Assembly: GCA_963816355.1 (NCBI GenBank)
Contig: CAWFKH010000005.1
Span: 96,001-160,000 of the forward strand
Reading direction: 5' to 3'
Source of the DNA: an uncultured Gemmatimonadales bacterium
GTDB taxonomy: Bacteria; Gemmatimonadota; Gemmatimonadetes; Longimicrobiales; RSA9
DNA length: 64,000 bases
Shown: piece after piece, positions 10,392 to 20,817 of the stretch
Layout of the letters: the number at the start of each line of letters is the position of its first letter
Numbering within the stretch: position 1 is the first letter of the stretch
Made by a program: the position numbers and the translations under genes
The notes under the pieces: model-generated
Seen by the model: only the letters and a program-made list of their open reading frames with translations
Database searches by the model: none
What the model was told of the DNA's origin: nothing

Positions 10392-11100
10392 GAGTCCGGA
10401 AACGATAGCCGAAGCCCCGCACCGTCTCGATCCAGTCGCCCGCGTCGCCCAACTTCGAGCGCAGCCGCTGCACGTGCATGTCGACCGTGCGCGTTTCGAT
10501 CGGGACGTGGATGTCCCACGCGCTCTCCAGCAGCTGTTTGCGCGACTGCACGCGGCCCCGCCGCTCGAGCAGCGACACGAGCAGACGGTACTCCGTGGGC
10601 GTCAGGTCGACCTCCCGCTCGTCGGCGACGACCCGCAGCGCGTCCAGGTCGACGACGACGGGACCGCCGCGCAGCACCTTCGCCGAGCCGGCGGTCGGCG
10701 CCGCGCGCGCCCGGCGCAGCACCGCGCCCACGCGCAGCACCAGCTCCTGCGGGCTGAACGGCTTGGTCAGGTAGTCGTCGGCGCCCAGCTCCAGGCCGCG
10801 GATCCGGTCGGACTCCTCCCGCCGAGCCGTCAGCACGACGATCGGCAGATCGCGCGCCTCATCGCCCCGTCGGATGTCGGCGATCACGTCCAGGCCGCTC
10901 AACCCGGGAAGCATCAGGTCGAGCACGAGCAGGTCCGGGCGCTCGTGGCGGATCGCCTCGAGCGCCTCGTCTCCCGCCGCCACGGTCCGCACCCGATACC
11001 CCTCCCGCGTCAGGTGGTACGCGATGAGGGCGGCGATGTCCCGCTCGTCCTCGACCACGAGGACCTGCGGCGCGGATTCTCGCTGCGCGTTCGCTTTCAT
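10375..11100 (-). CDS. phoB: OmpR-family response regulator PhoB-like
   Basis: Receiver domain (VVEDE, LDLMLP, GADDYLTKPF) plus winged helix (RTVDMHVQRLRSKL, IETVRGFGY). Confidence 0.88.
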   Translation of the reverse strand: MKANAQRESAPQVLVVEDERDIAALIAYHLTREGYRVRTVAAGDEALEAIRHERPDLLVLDLMLPGLSGLDVIADIRRGDEARDLPIVVLTARREESDRIRGLELGADDYLTKPFSPQELVLRVGAVLRRARAAPTAGSAKVLRGGPVVVDLDALRVVADEREVDLTPTEYRLLVSLLERRGRVQSRKQLLESAWDIHVPIETRTVDMHVQRLRSKLGDAGDWIETVRGFGYRFRTRESGL

Positions 11101-11247
11101 CGGCCGAATCTCCGGACCGGCGTCGGCCACCCCCCATTGGAGTCGCACGGCTGCACCGCGTCGTTAGGGTTCGGCGAAGAGTTAGCCCCGGCCCGTCAAC
11201 GGACGGTGTCCGGAATGTAACGGTTGGAGCACGCGGGCGGGAATCGC

Positions 11248-11868
11248 TCAGTGGCGGACCCGGCCCAGCTCCCGCGCGAGGCGGTGCAGATCGGCGGGGT
11301 CGGTTCCGGCGTAGATGCCGCGGACGCGGCCGCGGCCGTCGATCAGCAGCACCTGGCTGGAGTGCGTGATCAGCGTCGGCGCCTCGGCGTGGGCCGAATC
11401 GGCGGGAGCGCCCCCGGCGCTCACGCCCACATGGAAGCCGTCGAGCAGGAGCGAGCGGAGGCGCGCCGCGGGGCCGGTGAGGAAAGCCCATTCGGCGGGG
11501 CCGCCCTGGATGTGGTAGCGGCGCGCGAAGGCGGCGAGGACCGGCGGCGTGTCGCGCTCCGGGTCGACCGAGAAGGAGACGAAGCGCAGCCCCTTCAGAG
11601 CGCCCGCCGCGCGAAGCGAGTCGCGGAGCGCGACGAGGTTCGCGGTCATGAGCGGACAGACGTCGGGGCAGTTCGTGTAGATGAAGTTGGCGACCCAGGC
11701 GGAGCCGCGGAGCTGGGCGCCGTCGAACGGCGCGCCGTCCTGGTCGGTGAGCGAGAAGGCCGGCGCGTCGTAGTAGACCGGCAGTCCCTCGTGGCGGTGG
11801 GAGAGTGCGAACGCGACGGCAGCGCCGAGAGCGATGACGAGGAGCGCCGCGAAGTGGAGCCGTCTCAC
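11248..11868 (-). CDS. SCO1/SenC family copper chaperone
   Basis: FSLTDQDG, FIYTNCPDVCP (CxxxC), SVDPERDTP, conserved His in ITHS. Confidence 0.9.
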   Translation of the reverse strand: MRRLHFAALLVIALGAAVAFALSHRHEGLPVYYDAPAFSLTDQDGAPFDGAQLRGSAWVANFIYTNCPDVCPLMTANLVALRDSLRAAGALKGLRFVSFSVDPERDTPPVLAAFARRYHIQGGPAEWAFLTGPAARLRSLLLDGFHVGVSAGGAPADSAHAEAPTLITHSSQVLLIDGRGRVRGIYAGTDPADLHRLARELGRVRH

Positions 11869-13121
11869 CGCGCGCTCGCCGTACGGGTCGTGACCTCGCG
11901 GCAAGCCGCGTGGATCTCGCCGTCCGTGAGCACGTGGTCGGTCGTCTTGGCCAGCGCGAAGACGGCGTCGCAGAGGGCGCCGTCGGACGGGTCGTAGCCG
12001 TTCTCGCCGAGCCAGCACTTGACGTTCGACATGCCGCTGACGTGACTGATCTCGATCCGTTGCCGGCGGCCGAAGAAGCCGGCGGGGACGCCCGAGTAGA
12101 CGCGGTCGGCGAGCCAGTCGTCGCCCTTCTCCCGCGCCTTGATGATGGCGGCGGCGTGGACGCCGGTGCCGGTGCGGAACGCGTCCTCGCCGAAGACGGG
12201 GTAGTTGGCCGGGATCGGCACGCCCGTCGCCACCGAAACCCGCTCGCAGTACTCCGGCAGGCGCGACAGGTCGTAGTCGTGCAGGCCGAGCAGCTTGAGG
12301 TTCACCAGCAGCAGGTCCATCTCGGTGTTGCCCACGCGCTCGCCGATTCCGAGCGCCGTGCCGTGCACGCGGTCCACCCCCTCCTCCACCGCGGCGAGGG
12401 TGTTCGGGATCGCCAGAGCCCGGTCGCGGTGGCCGTGCCAGTCGATCTTCACGTCCTCGCCGCTCGGCTCCACGATCTCGCGCCGGACGAAACGCACGAG
12501 CTGCCGCACCCCGTTCGGCGTCGCGTGACCCACTGTGTCCGCCAGGCACAGACGGCGCGCGCCGCACTCGATCGCCGTACCGTACAGCCGCTCCAGCGTC
12601 TCCGGCCGCGCGCGCGTCGTGTCCTCCGTCACGAACATCACCCGCAGCCCCTCACCGACCGCGAAGCGCACGGCGTCCTCCGCCGCCTTCAACATGCGCT
12701 CCAGCGTCCACCCCTCCGCGTACTGCCGGATCGGCGAGGAGCCGATGAACGTCGCGGCCTCGATCGCGACGCCGGTCGCCTGCGTGATGCGGGCGATCGG
12801 CTCCACGTCCGCGCGCACCGTCCGCGCCGCGCAGTTCGCGTCGATCGGCAGCCGCTCGCGCGCGATCACCTCCGCCAGCGCCGCGACGTCCGCCGCCGCA
12901 CGCGGCCCGGCGCCCGGCAGCCCCAGGTCGACGGCATGGATCCCGAGCTCGACCATCAGCCGCAGGATCTCCGCCTTGTCCTCGATCGACGGATCCCGCA
13001 CCGACGGCGACTGCAGGCCGTCCCGCAGCGTCTCGTCGTCGAGCTCGACCGGCCGCAGCCCCGCGTAGTCGAACGCGTCGGCCACCGTGTTCCAGTCGTA
13101 GATCAGGTCCTGCTCACGCAT
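11865..13121 (-). CDS. LeuA-like 2-isopropylmalate/homocitrate synthase family protein (no C-terminal regulatory domain)
   Basis: DETLRDGLQ, LADTVG, HGHRD, GIGERVGN motifs of DRE-TIM metallolyases. Confidence 0.85.
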   Translation of the reverse strand: MREQDLIYDWNTVADAFDYAGLRPVELDDETLRDGLQSPSVRDPSIEDKAEILRLMVELGIHAVDLGLPGAGPRAAADVAALAEVIARERLPIDANCAARTVRADVEPIARITQATGVAIEAATFIGSSPIRQYAEGWTLERMLKAAEDAVRFAVGEGLRVMFVTEDTTRARPETLERLYGTAIECGARRLCLADTVGHATPNGVRQLVRFVRREIVEPSGEDVKIDWHGHRDRALAIPNTLAAVEEGVDRVHGTALGIGERVGNTEMDLLLVNLKLLGLHDYDLSRLPEYCERVSVATGVPIPANYPVFGEDAFRTGTGVHAAAIIKAREKGDDWLADRVYSGVPAGFFGRRQRIEISHVSGMSNVKCWLGENGYDPSDGALCDAVFALAKTTDHVLTDGEIHAACREVTTRTASAR

Positions 13122-13241
13122 CGCTCGCCTCGGCGCATTTCAGGGTCGCACCGGAAGATGCCCGCGCCGGCGGAGCCGTGTCAACGAGCGGTGCGGGCAA
13201 GCGGCCTCCGACCGGCGCGCGGGAGGGCCGCCTCCCCGATC

Positions 13242-14234
13242 TCAGTCGCCGAGAACCACCGAATCGTCCCCCACGCTCACGCTGCCGCGGACGCCGCGGA
13301 CGACGACGCGGTCGCCGAGCAGCGCGTCGTGCAGCTCCGCGTCCTCGACGACGGCGTCCTCGCCGACGATCGCGTCGCGCAGGCGGGAGCCGTGGATGCG
13401 GGCGCCGGCGCCGATCGAGACGTTGGGGCCGATCTCGCACTCGTGCAGCTCGACGCCCTCCTCGACGCGGACCGGGTCGTGGATGCGCACCGAGCGGCCG
13501 CCGTCGGGGCGCCGCGCACGGCCCTGGCCCAGCAGGTAGAGGTTCGTCTCGAGCAGCGTCTCCGGCTTGCCGCAGTCGTACCAGCCGGCGACCTCGACGG
13601 TACGAAGGCGGGCGCCGTGATCGATCATGTACTGGAACGCGTCGGTCAGGTAGTACTCCTCTCCCGGGCCGCGCGGGCCGCCCAGCGTGCTGGCGATCCC
13701 CTCGAAGAGCAGCTTCCAGTCGCGGATGTAGTAGAGGCCGATGTTGGCGAGCTTCGAGATCGGGTCCTTCGGCTTCTCCACGATCCGCTTCATGTCGCCC
13801 TGCTCGTCGGTCACCACGACGCCGAAGCGCTGGTAGTCCTCGACCTCCTTCACCCAGATCACGCCGGCGACGTCCTCGGGCAGGTCGCGCACGATCGAGA
13901 GGTCGGCGTCGAAGAGCGTGTCCACGAACAGGATCAGGACATCCTCGTCGATGTAGGGACGCGCGAGGTCCACGGCGCCGGCCGTGCCGTTCTGCACCGG
14001 CTGCTCGACGAAGTGCGACTCGAACTCCGGGTACTCGGCGGCGATGTACGCCTCGATCGCCTCCTTCAGGTAGCCGGTGATGAAGACGATCTCGCGGACG
14101 CCGAGCTCGCGCAGGTCGTCGAGGATGTAGCTCATCACCGGCCTCCCGCCGACGCGCAGGAGCGGCTTCGGCGTGACGTACGTATGGGGCCGCAGCCGCG
14201 TGCCCTTCCCGGCGAGCGGGATCACAACCTTCAT
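13242..14234 (-). CDS. Sugar-phosphate nucleotidyltransferase with hexapeptide tail
   Basis: IPLAGKGTRLRPHT, PKPLL, VEKP, WYDCGK; C-terminal left-handed beta-helix repeats. Confidence 0.9.
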   Translation of the reverse strand: MKVVIPLAGKGTRLRPHTYVTPKPLLRVGGRPVMSYILDDLRELGVREIVFITGYLKEAIEAYIAAEYPEFESHFVEQPVQNGTAGAVDLARPYIDEDVLILFVDTLFDADLSIVRDLPEDVAGVIWVKEVEDYQRFGVVVTDEQGDMKRIVEKPKDPISKLANIGLYYIRDWKLLFEGIASTLGGPRGPGEEYYLTDAFQYMIDHGARLRTVEVAGWYDCGKPETLLETNLYLLGQGRARRPDGGRSVRIHDPVRVEEGVELHECEIGPNVSIGAGARIHGSRLRDAIVGEDAVVEDAELHDALLGDRVVVRGVRGSVSVGDDSVVLGD

Positions 14235-14662
14235 GCGGTCGCCTCCGGTTTCATGAGCTGGAGATCGCTGTAGTCGACCGGCCCGCGCACGATCGCGACG
14301 CCGGCGGCGACGATGCCGACCTCGAGCGTGACCGAGCAGATGGCGCGGAAGACGTGGCCGCCGATGGTGCTGAAGTCGGGGCGGCCGAAGATGCCGTGCA
14401 CGTGAGGATGGGGCGCGCCGTCCTGCAGCGACAGGGTGCCCGTGATGCCGAGGACCTCAAGCTCCTCGTCGAAGACCTGTCGCTGGTAGCGGCGCTCCGC
14501 CGGACGGTAGTAGCCCAGCTCGACGTGGTTTACGGCCCCGAGACCGGAGATCATCGCCGCTTGCACGTTTCTTTCATCGGCCAACTGCTTCAGCGAGTCG
14601 ATGAGCTCGTCACCGGGCCGCAGCACCATCACGTGTCCGAAGCTCGTCGCTCTCCATTGCAT
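14231..14662 (-). CDS. PPC/DUF296 domain protein
   Basis: SGLGAV, LGYY, HPHVHG, GGHV motifs; GGAGG RBS. Confidence 0.85.
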   Translation of the reverse strand: MQWRATSFGHVMVLRPGDELIDSLKQLADERNVQAAMISGLGAVNHVELGYYRPAERRYQRQVFDEELEVLGITGTLSLQDGAPHPHVHGIFGRPDFSTIGGHVFRAICSVTLEVGIVAAGVAIVRGPVDYSDLQLMKPEATA

Positions 14663-14716
14663 CCGCTCCTCCGGCTTCTGGCGGGCCGCGTGGACCGACC
14701 CTGAACAGGAACTCTC

Positions 14717-15610
14717 ATGGCCGAGGTAGCCGAACGGCTGTCGGCGCATTACATCCACCGCAACGTGCAGAGCGCGGCGCGCGACGAGCTGCGGCGCTCC
14801 ACGGCGGGACTCGCCTTCTCGGGTCTCGCGGCGGGCCTCAACATCGGGTTCGGCTTCGTGGCGGTCGCCGCCGTCCTCGGTGCGGTGCAGCAACCGGCGC
14901 ACGCCACGTTGTGGACCGCGGTCGCCTACCCGATCGGGTTCATCCTCGTCATCCTGCCCCGCGCTCAGCTCTTCACCGAGAACACGCTCACGCCCGTGAT
15001 GCTGGTGCTCTCGGATCCCACGCGGCGCAACCTGCTCAACACGCTGCGCCTGTGGGCGATCGTCCTCGGCGCCAACATCGCCGGCGCGTTCCTCTTCGCG
15101 CTCGCGCTCGGGACCTTCGCCGTCGCCCCCCACGTCGACCCCGCGCTCCTGCTGCAGACGGCGCGCAACGCGTACGACGGGACGTGGCAAGAGCTGTTCC
15201 TTCGGGCGATCTACGGCGGCTGGCTGATCGCGCTGCTCGTATGGATGCTGCACGGCGGCGCCAGCGTGCTCGGCCAGATGGCCCTCGTGTGGCTGGCGAC
15301 GTTCATGCTGCAGGCAGCCGGCTTCAGTCACAGCGTGGCCGGCGCGGTCGAGGTGCTCTACCTCGCCAACCGCGGCGTGATCGGCTACGGTGACTGGGTG
15401 ACGCACTTCCAGATCCCGGTGACGCTGGGCAACATCGTGGGCGGCGTGGTGTTCGTGGCGCTGGTCAACCACGGTCAGGCGGTGGGCGCGGGCCGCGACG
15501 CCGAGCGCGCCGAACGCGTGCAGCGCTTCCGGGAGCTGCGGGAGGCACGCAACATCAGCGAGGCGACGCGGAAGCGCGCGGTCGACGCCGATTCGGCGGA
15601 CGAGGAGTGA
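14717..15610 (+). CDS. Formate/nitrite transporter family protein
   Basis: QLFTENT, GFSHSVA, TLGNIVGG motifs; about six TM segments. Confidence 0.9.
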   Translation: MAEVAERLSAHYIHRNVQSAARDELRRSTAGLAFSGLAAGLNIGFGFVAVAAVLGAVQQPAHATLWTAVAYPIGFILVILPRAQLFTENTLTPVMLVLSDPTRRNLLNTLRLWAIVLGANIAGAFLFALALGTFAVAPHVDPALLLQTARNAYDGTWQELFLRAIYGGWLIALLVWMLHGGASVLGQMALVWLATFMLQAAGFSHSVAGAVEVLYLANRGVIGYGDWVTHFQIPVTLGNIVGGVVFVALVNHGQAVGAGRDAERAERVQRFRELREARNISEATRKRAVDADSADEE

Positions 15611-15697
15611 GGAGGCGCCGGACCGGGGGGCGGCTAGCGACAGGAGGACGGCATCGGGGTAGAGGAATCGTACGCGGGACTGACGAAGGAGGGATCG

Positions 15698-16462
15698 ATG
15701 CACGGAATCGGACGAGCGGGCGCGGGGCTCGGCCTCGCCGTTTCGCTGGTGCTCGCCTGCGGCGCGGCGGCGCCGGCGCTCGCGCAGCAGGGGGGCGGCT
15801 CGCCGCTCGAGCGGCTGGCGCGACCCAGCGTCGTCGTCACGGCGACGGGGACGGTGGAGGCGCAGCCGGACCAGGCGACGCTGCTGCTGGCGGTGGAGAC
15901 GGTGGCGAGCGACGCGCAGGACGCGGCGAACCGGAACGCCGAAAAGATGCAGCACATCATGGACGCGCTGCATCGCGCCGGGGTCGCGGCGGACCACATC
16001 CGCACGATCGACTATCACCTCGAGCCGCAGTACCGCCAACCGCCGTCGATGCCGAACGCCACGCCGGAGCAGCAGCAGCCGAAGATCGTGGGGTATCGCG
16101 CGTCCAACATGGTGCAGGTCACGCTCGACGACGTCGCCCGCGTGGGCGCGGCGATCGACGCCGGCATCGGCGCGGGCGCCAACCGCGTCGCGAACCTCGA
16201 CTTCGGCCTGAAGGACCCGAGCCGGGCCCATATCGAGGCGCTGCGGCGTGCCATGGTTTCGGCGCGCGCGCAGGCGGAGGCGCTCGCCGCCGCCGCGGGG
16301 CACACGCTGGGCGATCCGATCCAGATCTCGATGGCCGGAGTGGGCCCGGGCCCGGTCTACGCCGCGCGCATGGAAGCGGCGGCGCCCACGCCGATCCAGC
16401 CGGGGACGACGCGGGTGAGCGCGACCGTCGTGGCCCGCTTCGCGCTCGGGCCGGCGCGATGA
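15698..16462 (+). CDS. SIMPL (DUF541) domain periplasmic protein
   Basis: Signal peptide; TATGTVEAQPDQA, GYRASNMVQV, ARAQAEALA pattern. Confidence 0.88.
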   Translation: MHGIGRAGAGLGLAVSLVLACGAAAPALAQQGGGSPLERLARPSVVVTATGTVEAQPDQATLLLAVETVASDAQDAANRNAEKMQHIMDALHRAGVAADHIRTIDYHLEPQYRQPPSMPNATPEQQQPKIVGYRASNMVQVTLDDVARVGAAIDAGIGAGANRVANLDFGLKDPSRAHIEALRRAMVSARAQAEALAAAAGHTLGDPIQISMAGVGPGPVYAARMEAAAPTPIQPGTTRVSATVVARFALGPAR

Positions 16463-16881
16463 GCGAGGGCTGGCTGCGGCGCGCGCTGACGGTGAACCGC
16501 GCCGCGACGGCGGCCGACGCCGAGGAGGCGCGCCTGCGCGGTCGCACGTACGCGGTTCCGTTCGAGCGCGTGTGGAGCGAGGCGCTGCGTCTGACGGGTG
16601 GAGCGTTGCGGGGCTGGCGGATCGTCGAAGCGGACGAGCTGGCGGGCACGATCCACGCCGAAGCGACGACGCCCCTGCTGAACTCCGTCGCGGACTTCGA
16701 GGTGCGCGTCGTGCTCGACGTGGACGCGCAGACGCGCGTGGACGCGTCGTCCGCCTCGCGCTCGCCCCGCGGCGATCTGGGCGCGAGCGCGCGTCGGATC
16801 GCCCGCTTCTTCAGGCATCTGGACGGCGCGCTCGCCGCCGCGCCCGGCGCGAAGCCGCCCGCTCCGGTACGGTTGGCGTGA
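16459..16881 (+). CDS. DUF1499-like protein
   Basis: IHAEATTPLL, RVDASSASR, DLGASARRIARF; ATGA overlap. Confidence 0.75.
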   Translation: MSEGWLRRALTVNRAATAADAEEARLRGRTYAVPFERVWSEALRLTGGALRGWRIVEADELAGTIHAEATTPLLNSVADFEVRVVLDVDAQTRVDASSASRSPRGDLGASARRIARFFRHLDGALAAAPGAKPPAPVRLA

Positions 16882-16933
16882 GCGCCGCCCCGCCGGCCGC
16901 CGCCATCCTCTGAGCCGAGGCGAGGAGCCCCGC

Positions 16934-19375
16934 ATGCCGCCCCGCAAGAACCCGCCCCTGCCGAGCGAGCTGCCGGTCCTGCCGCTGCGCAGCACCGTCG
17001 TGTATCCGCTCGGCGTCGTCGCGGTGCAGATCGGCACCGACACGACGCTCGAGATGCTCGCCGCGAACGGCGGTCCGAACCGGCTCGCGGCGATCGTCCT
17101 CGCGCCCGGCGAGCCGGACGAGGCGTTCGATCCGCGCACGTTCACCAAGGTCGGGGTCGTCGCCCGCATCACCGATCGCCTCAACCTGCCCGGCGGCACC
17201 GTGCAGGTGACGCTGCAGGGGCTGCGGCGCATCCGCATCCGCGAGACGCGCGAGACGAACGGCTACTATACCGCCCGCGTCACCGCCACGCGCGAGAAGG
17301 CGGTCGCCGGCGAGCGCGCCGACGCGCTGATCGCGGAGGTGCTCACCGCGCTCGAGGCGCTCGCGGTCGGCGTGGAGCGCGTGCCGCGCGAGGTGACGCG
17401 CATCCTGCGCATGAACGTCACCGACCCGAGCCGCTTCGCGGACCTCGTCGCGGCCCTCGCCAACTTCAGCCCGCGCGGCAAGGACGAGGTGCTGCAGCGG
17501 CTGGACGTCGAACGGCGCCTCGCGTACGTCGCCGAGGAGCTGGAGCATCAGCTGCACCGCGTGCGTCAGGTCGAGGAGGCGGAGCAGGCGGAGCCGGAGG
17601 CGGCGGCGGAGCGCGGCGGCGAGCGCCAGCGCGCGCAGGCGCTCAAGCGCCGCATCCAGCTCATGCAGGCCGAGCTGGGCGAGATCGACCCGGTCGAGCG
17701 CGAGATCGTGGAGTTGCTGCGTCGCATCGAATCCTCCGACGTGCCGGCTCGCGTCGCGTCCCGCGCCCGGACGGAAGTCGAGCGCCTGCGCGCGCTGCCG
17801 CCCACGTCGCCGGAGACGGCGGAGATCCGCGCCTACGTGGACTGGCTGCTGCACTTCCCGTGGACGGCACGCGCTACGGCGGGGGCGGAGGCGATCGACC
17901 TGGAAGCCGTGCAGGAGGCGCTGGGCGCGGAGCTGCTCGGGCTCGAAGAGCCGCGCGAGCGGCTGCTCGACTACCTCGCGGTCGCGCGACTGCGCGGTGA
18001 CCTGCGTGGCCCGATCCCCTGCCTCGTCGGGCCGCCCGCCGTCGGCAAGACGGCGCTCGCGTGCGCGATCGCGCGCGGTCTCGGCCGCCCCCTGGCACGC
18101 CTCGAGCTCGGCGGCCGCGGCGAATCCTACATCGTCGGCAGCCGCCGCCCCCGGCCGGGCGCGGAGCCCGGCCACATCGTCGCGGCGCTGCGCGACGCCG
18201 GCGTCGGGGACGCCGTCTTCCTGCTCGAGGAGATCGACGAGCTGGGCGCGCCGAAAGCGGAGCAGGAGGCGGCGGAGGCGCTCGAGGAGGCGCTCGACTG
18301 GGACGGCCGGAGCGCGTTCGTGGACCGCTACCTCGACGTCGAGGTCGACCTGTCCGATGCCGTCTTCCTCGCGACCGCACAGGACTTCTACCGCATCCCG
18401 CGCGACCTGCGCGACCTGCTGCTCGAGATCCGGATCGCCGGCTACACGCCGGAGGAGAAGGTCGACATCGCGCGCGAGCGGCTGCTCCCGCGCATGATCG
18501 GCGAGCACGGGCTGGAGGCGGGCGACATCGCCGTCGACGACGACGCGCTCCTCCACCTTGCGCGCGGCTACGCCCGCGACGCCGGCCTCGGCCTGCTGCG
18601 CCGGGCGCTCTCGATGATCCTGCGCAAGCGGGCGCGCGCGAAGGCGGCGGGCGAGGTGGCGACGTGGAAGCTGAACGCGGCGCGCATCGAGGAGATCCTG
18701 GGGCCGCCCCGCTTCGTGTCGACGGTCGCGGAGAACGCGCCGGAGGTCGGCGTCGTCACCGGCCTGGCGTGGACGGCCGCCGGGGGCGACCTGATGTTCA
18801 TCGAGGCGCTGCGCATGCCGGGGAGCGGGCGGCTGCTCATCACCGGCCTACTCGGCGACGTGATGCGCGAGTCGGTGAACGCCGCCTACTCCTACGTGCG
18901 CAGCCGCGGCGACGCGCTCGGCATCGACGACGAGCTGTTCCGCGAGTCGGACCTGCACGTCCACTTCCCGGAGGGCGCGATTCCGAAGGACGGCCCCTCC
19001 GCGGGCATCGCCGTCACGCTCGCGATCGCATCCACGCTCTCCAACCGCGCGGTGCGCCACGACGTCGCCATGACCGGTGAGGTCACGCTGCGTGGAAAGG
19101 TGCTCGAGGTGGGGGGCATCAAGGAGAAGGTGCTCGCGGCCTACCGCGCGGGGATCCGCGAGATCATTCTGCCGCGCGGCAACGAGCGCGACCTGCGCGA
19201 CGTGCCGCCGGACGTGAAGGAGCGCATCGAGTTCCGCTTCGTCGACCGCATGGACGACGTGCTCGCGATCGCGCTCTTCGACGGCCGCGCGCGCCGCCGC
19301 CGCAGCCGCCGCGGCGGCGCGACGGAGCCGGTGGCCCGCGCGGCCGACACCGCGCGCCGCGATCGGTCCCCTTAG
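16934..19375 (+). CDS. lon: Lon (endopeptidase La) homologue
   Basis: N-terminal LPVLPLR, Walker A GPPAVGKT, protease motifs [13 protein letters not shown] and GGIKEK. Confidence 0.9.
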   Translation: MPPRKNPPLPSELPVLPLRSTVVYPLGVVAVQIGTDTTLEMLAANGGPNRLAAIVLAPGEPDEAFDPRTFTKVGVVARITDRLNLPGGTVQVTLQGLRRIRIRETRETNGYYTARVTATREKAVAGERADALIAEVLTALEALAVGVERVPREVTRILRMNVTDPSRFADLVAALANFSPRGKDEVLQRLDVERRLAYVAEELEHQLHRVRQVEEAEQAEPEAAAERGGERQRAQALKRRIQLMQAELGEIDPVEREIVELLRRIESSDVPARVASRARTEVERLRALPPTSPETAEIRAYVDWLLHFPWTARATAGAEAIDLEAVQEALGAELLGLEEPRERLLDYLAVARLRGDLRGPIPCLVGPPAVGKTALACAIARGLGRPLARLELGGRGESYIVGSRRPRPGAEPGHIVAALRDAGVGDAVFLLEEIDELGAPKAEQEAAEALEEALDWDGRSAFVDRYLDVEVDLSDAVFLATAQDFYRIPRDLRDLLLEIRIAGYTPEEKVDIARERLLPRMIGEHGLEAGDIAVDDDALLHLARGYARDAGLGLLRRALSMILRKRARAKAAGEVATWKLNAARIEEILGPPRFVSTVAENAPEVGVVTGLAWTAAGGDLMFIEALRMPGSGRLLITGLLGDVMRESVNAAYSYVRSRGDALGIDDELFRESDLHVHFPEGAIPKDGPSAGIAVTLAIASTLSNRAVRHDVAMTGEVTLRGKVLEVGGIKEKVLAAYRAGIREIILPRGNERDLRDVPPDVKERIEFRFVDRMDDVLAIALFDGRARRRRSRRGGATEPVARAADTARRDRSP

Positions 19376-20670
19376 CCGGGCGCGATCGCGACCGGGTGGT
19401 CGACCGGCCGCGGCTCCAGCCGCTCGCCCTCGCTGCGCGCGACGAAGGACGCCGCCGTGAGGTCGCCGGTCACGTTCACGGCCGTACGCAGCATGTCGAG
19501 GATGCGGTCGACGCCCAGGATCAGCGCGATGCCGCTGGCGGTTTCCGCCCCGAGCCCCACCGACTGCAGGACGAGGATGAGCGTGATGATGCCGGCGCTC
19601 GGCACACCCGCCGCGCCGATGCTCGCCAGCGTCGCGGTGAGCACGATCGTGAGCTGCTGCGCCGGACCCATTGGGATGCCGTAGATCTGCGCGATGAACA
19701 TCACGGCGACCGCCTGATAGAGCGCCGTGCCGTCCATGTTGATCGTGGCGCCGAGCGGCAGCACGAACGAGGACACTTCGCTCGACACGCCCAGATCCTC
19801 CTCGGCGGTCTCCATCGTGATCGGCAGCGTCGCGCTCGAGCTGGACGTCGAGAAGGCGACGAGCGGCGCCTCCGCGATGCGGCGGTAGAACGTCAGCGGG
19901 TTCATCTTCGCGAGCACGCGCACGAGCACGGCGTAGGTGCCGAAGGCGTGGATCAGAAGCCCGACGACCACGGTGAGCGTATAGAGGAGGAGCGACTGGA
20001 GCAGGTCGAGCCCGAAGCGGGCGACGACGCCTGCGATCAGCACGAACACCGCGTACGGCGCCAACTTCATGATCCAGTCGATCATCACCATGACGGCATC
20101 GTTGACGCCGTTGAAGAAGTCGATCACGGCGTCGCGACGCCGCTTCTCGATCAGGCTGACCCCCGCGCCGAAGACGATGGTGAAGACGATGAGCGGAAGG
20201 AGGTCTCCCTGAGCCGCCGCCTGGAACGGGTTCGACGGGACCAGGTTCAGGATGATGTCCTTGATCCCGGGCTTCTGCGCCGCGAGCGCGATCTTGTCCG
20301 CGGCCTGGCCGGCGAACGCCGCCGACAGCCGGTCGCGCGTGGCCGGATCGATGCGCGAGCCGGGCCGCACAATGTTCGACACGACGAGGCCGATCGTGAC
20401 CGCGACCGCCGTCGTCGACATGTAGTAGAGGATCGTCTTCCCGCCGATGCGGCCCAGCTTGCGGATGTCGCCGAGCGACGCCGTCCCCACCAGCAGGCTC
20501 GCCACCACCAGCGGGATCACGATCATCGTGATCAGCCGGATGAAGAGCGTGCCGAGGAAGTCGATCGACAGCAGCGCGCTGCGCAGCCACAGCACGCCGA
20601 ACACGTTCGCGACGAGACCGACGAGAACGCCGAGGATCAGCCCGATCAGGATCTTGACGTAGAGCGGCAT
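19372..20670 (-). CDS. Dicarboxylate/amino acid:cation symporter (DAACS, GltP-like)
   Basis: AFSTSSSSATLP, PLGATINMDGTA, DRILDMLRTAVNVTGD. Confidence 0.93.
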   Translation of the reverse strand: MPLYVKILIGLILGVLVGLVANVFGVLWLRSALLSIDFLGTLFIRLITMIVIPLVVASLLVGTASLGDIRKLGRIGGKTILYYMSTTAVAVTIGLVVSNIVRPGSRIDPATRDRLSAAFAGQAADKIALAAQKPGIKDIILNLVPSNPFQAAAQGDLLPLIVFTIVFGAGVSLIEKRRRDAVIDFFNGVNDAVMVMIDWIMKLAPYAVFVLIAGVVARFGLDLLQSLLLYTLTVVVGLLIHAFGTYAVLVRVLAKMNPLTFYRRIAEAPLVAFSTSSSSATLPITMETAEEDLGVSSEVSSFVLPLGATINMDGTALYQAVAVMFIAQIYGIPMGPAQQLTIVLTATLASIGAAGVPSAGIITLILVLQSVGLGAETASGIALILGVDRILDMLRTAVNVTGDLTAASFVARSEGERLEPRPVDHPVAIAPG

Positions 20671-20817
20671 GGGGTCCGGCGACGGTGGCTGCGACCCGGC
20701 CGCGCCGGGAGGACGTCCGGCCGCGGGCGGAGGTCCGGCGAAGGTAAGCCCGCCGCGCGCGGGCACGCAACGCCCGCGCGCTTGAGTCCACGCCAACATC
20801 CGCTACCTTCCCGGGCC

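Noticed and set aside
11160..11230. Possible Pho box upstream of phoB (GTTACA/GGACAC/GTTGAC on the minus strand)
   Set aside because: The match to the 11-bp direct-repeat consensus is too weak to call by eye
11910..14273. Long antisense/alternate-frame ORFs (here and e.g. 26225-28615, 53160-56135)
   Set aside because: Shadow ORFs of real genes caused by high GC and stop-codon scarcity
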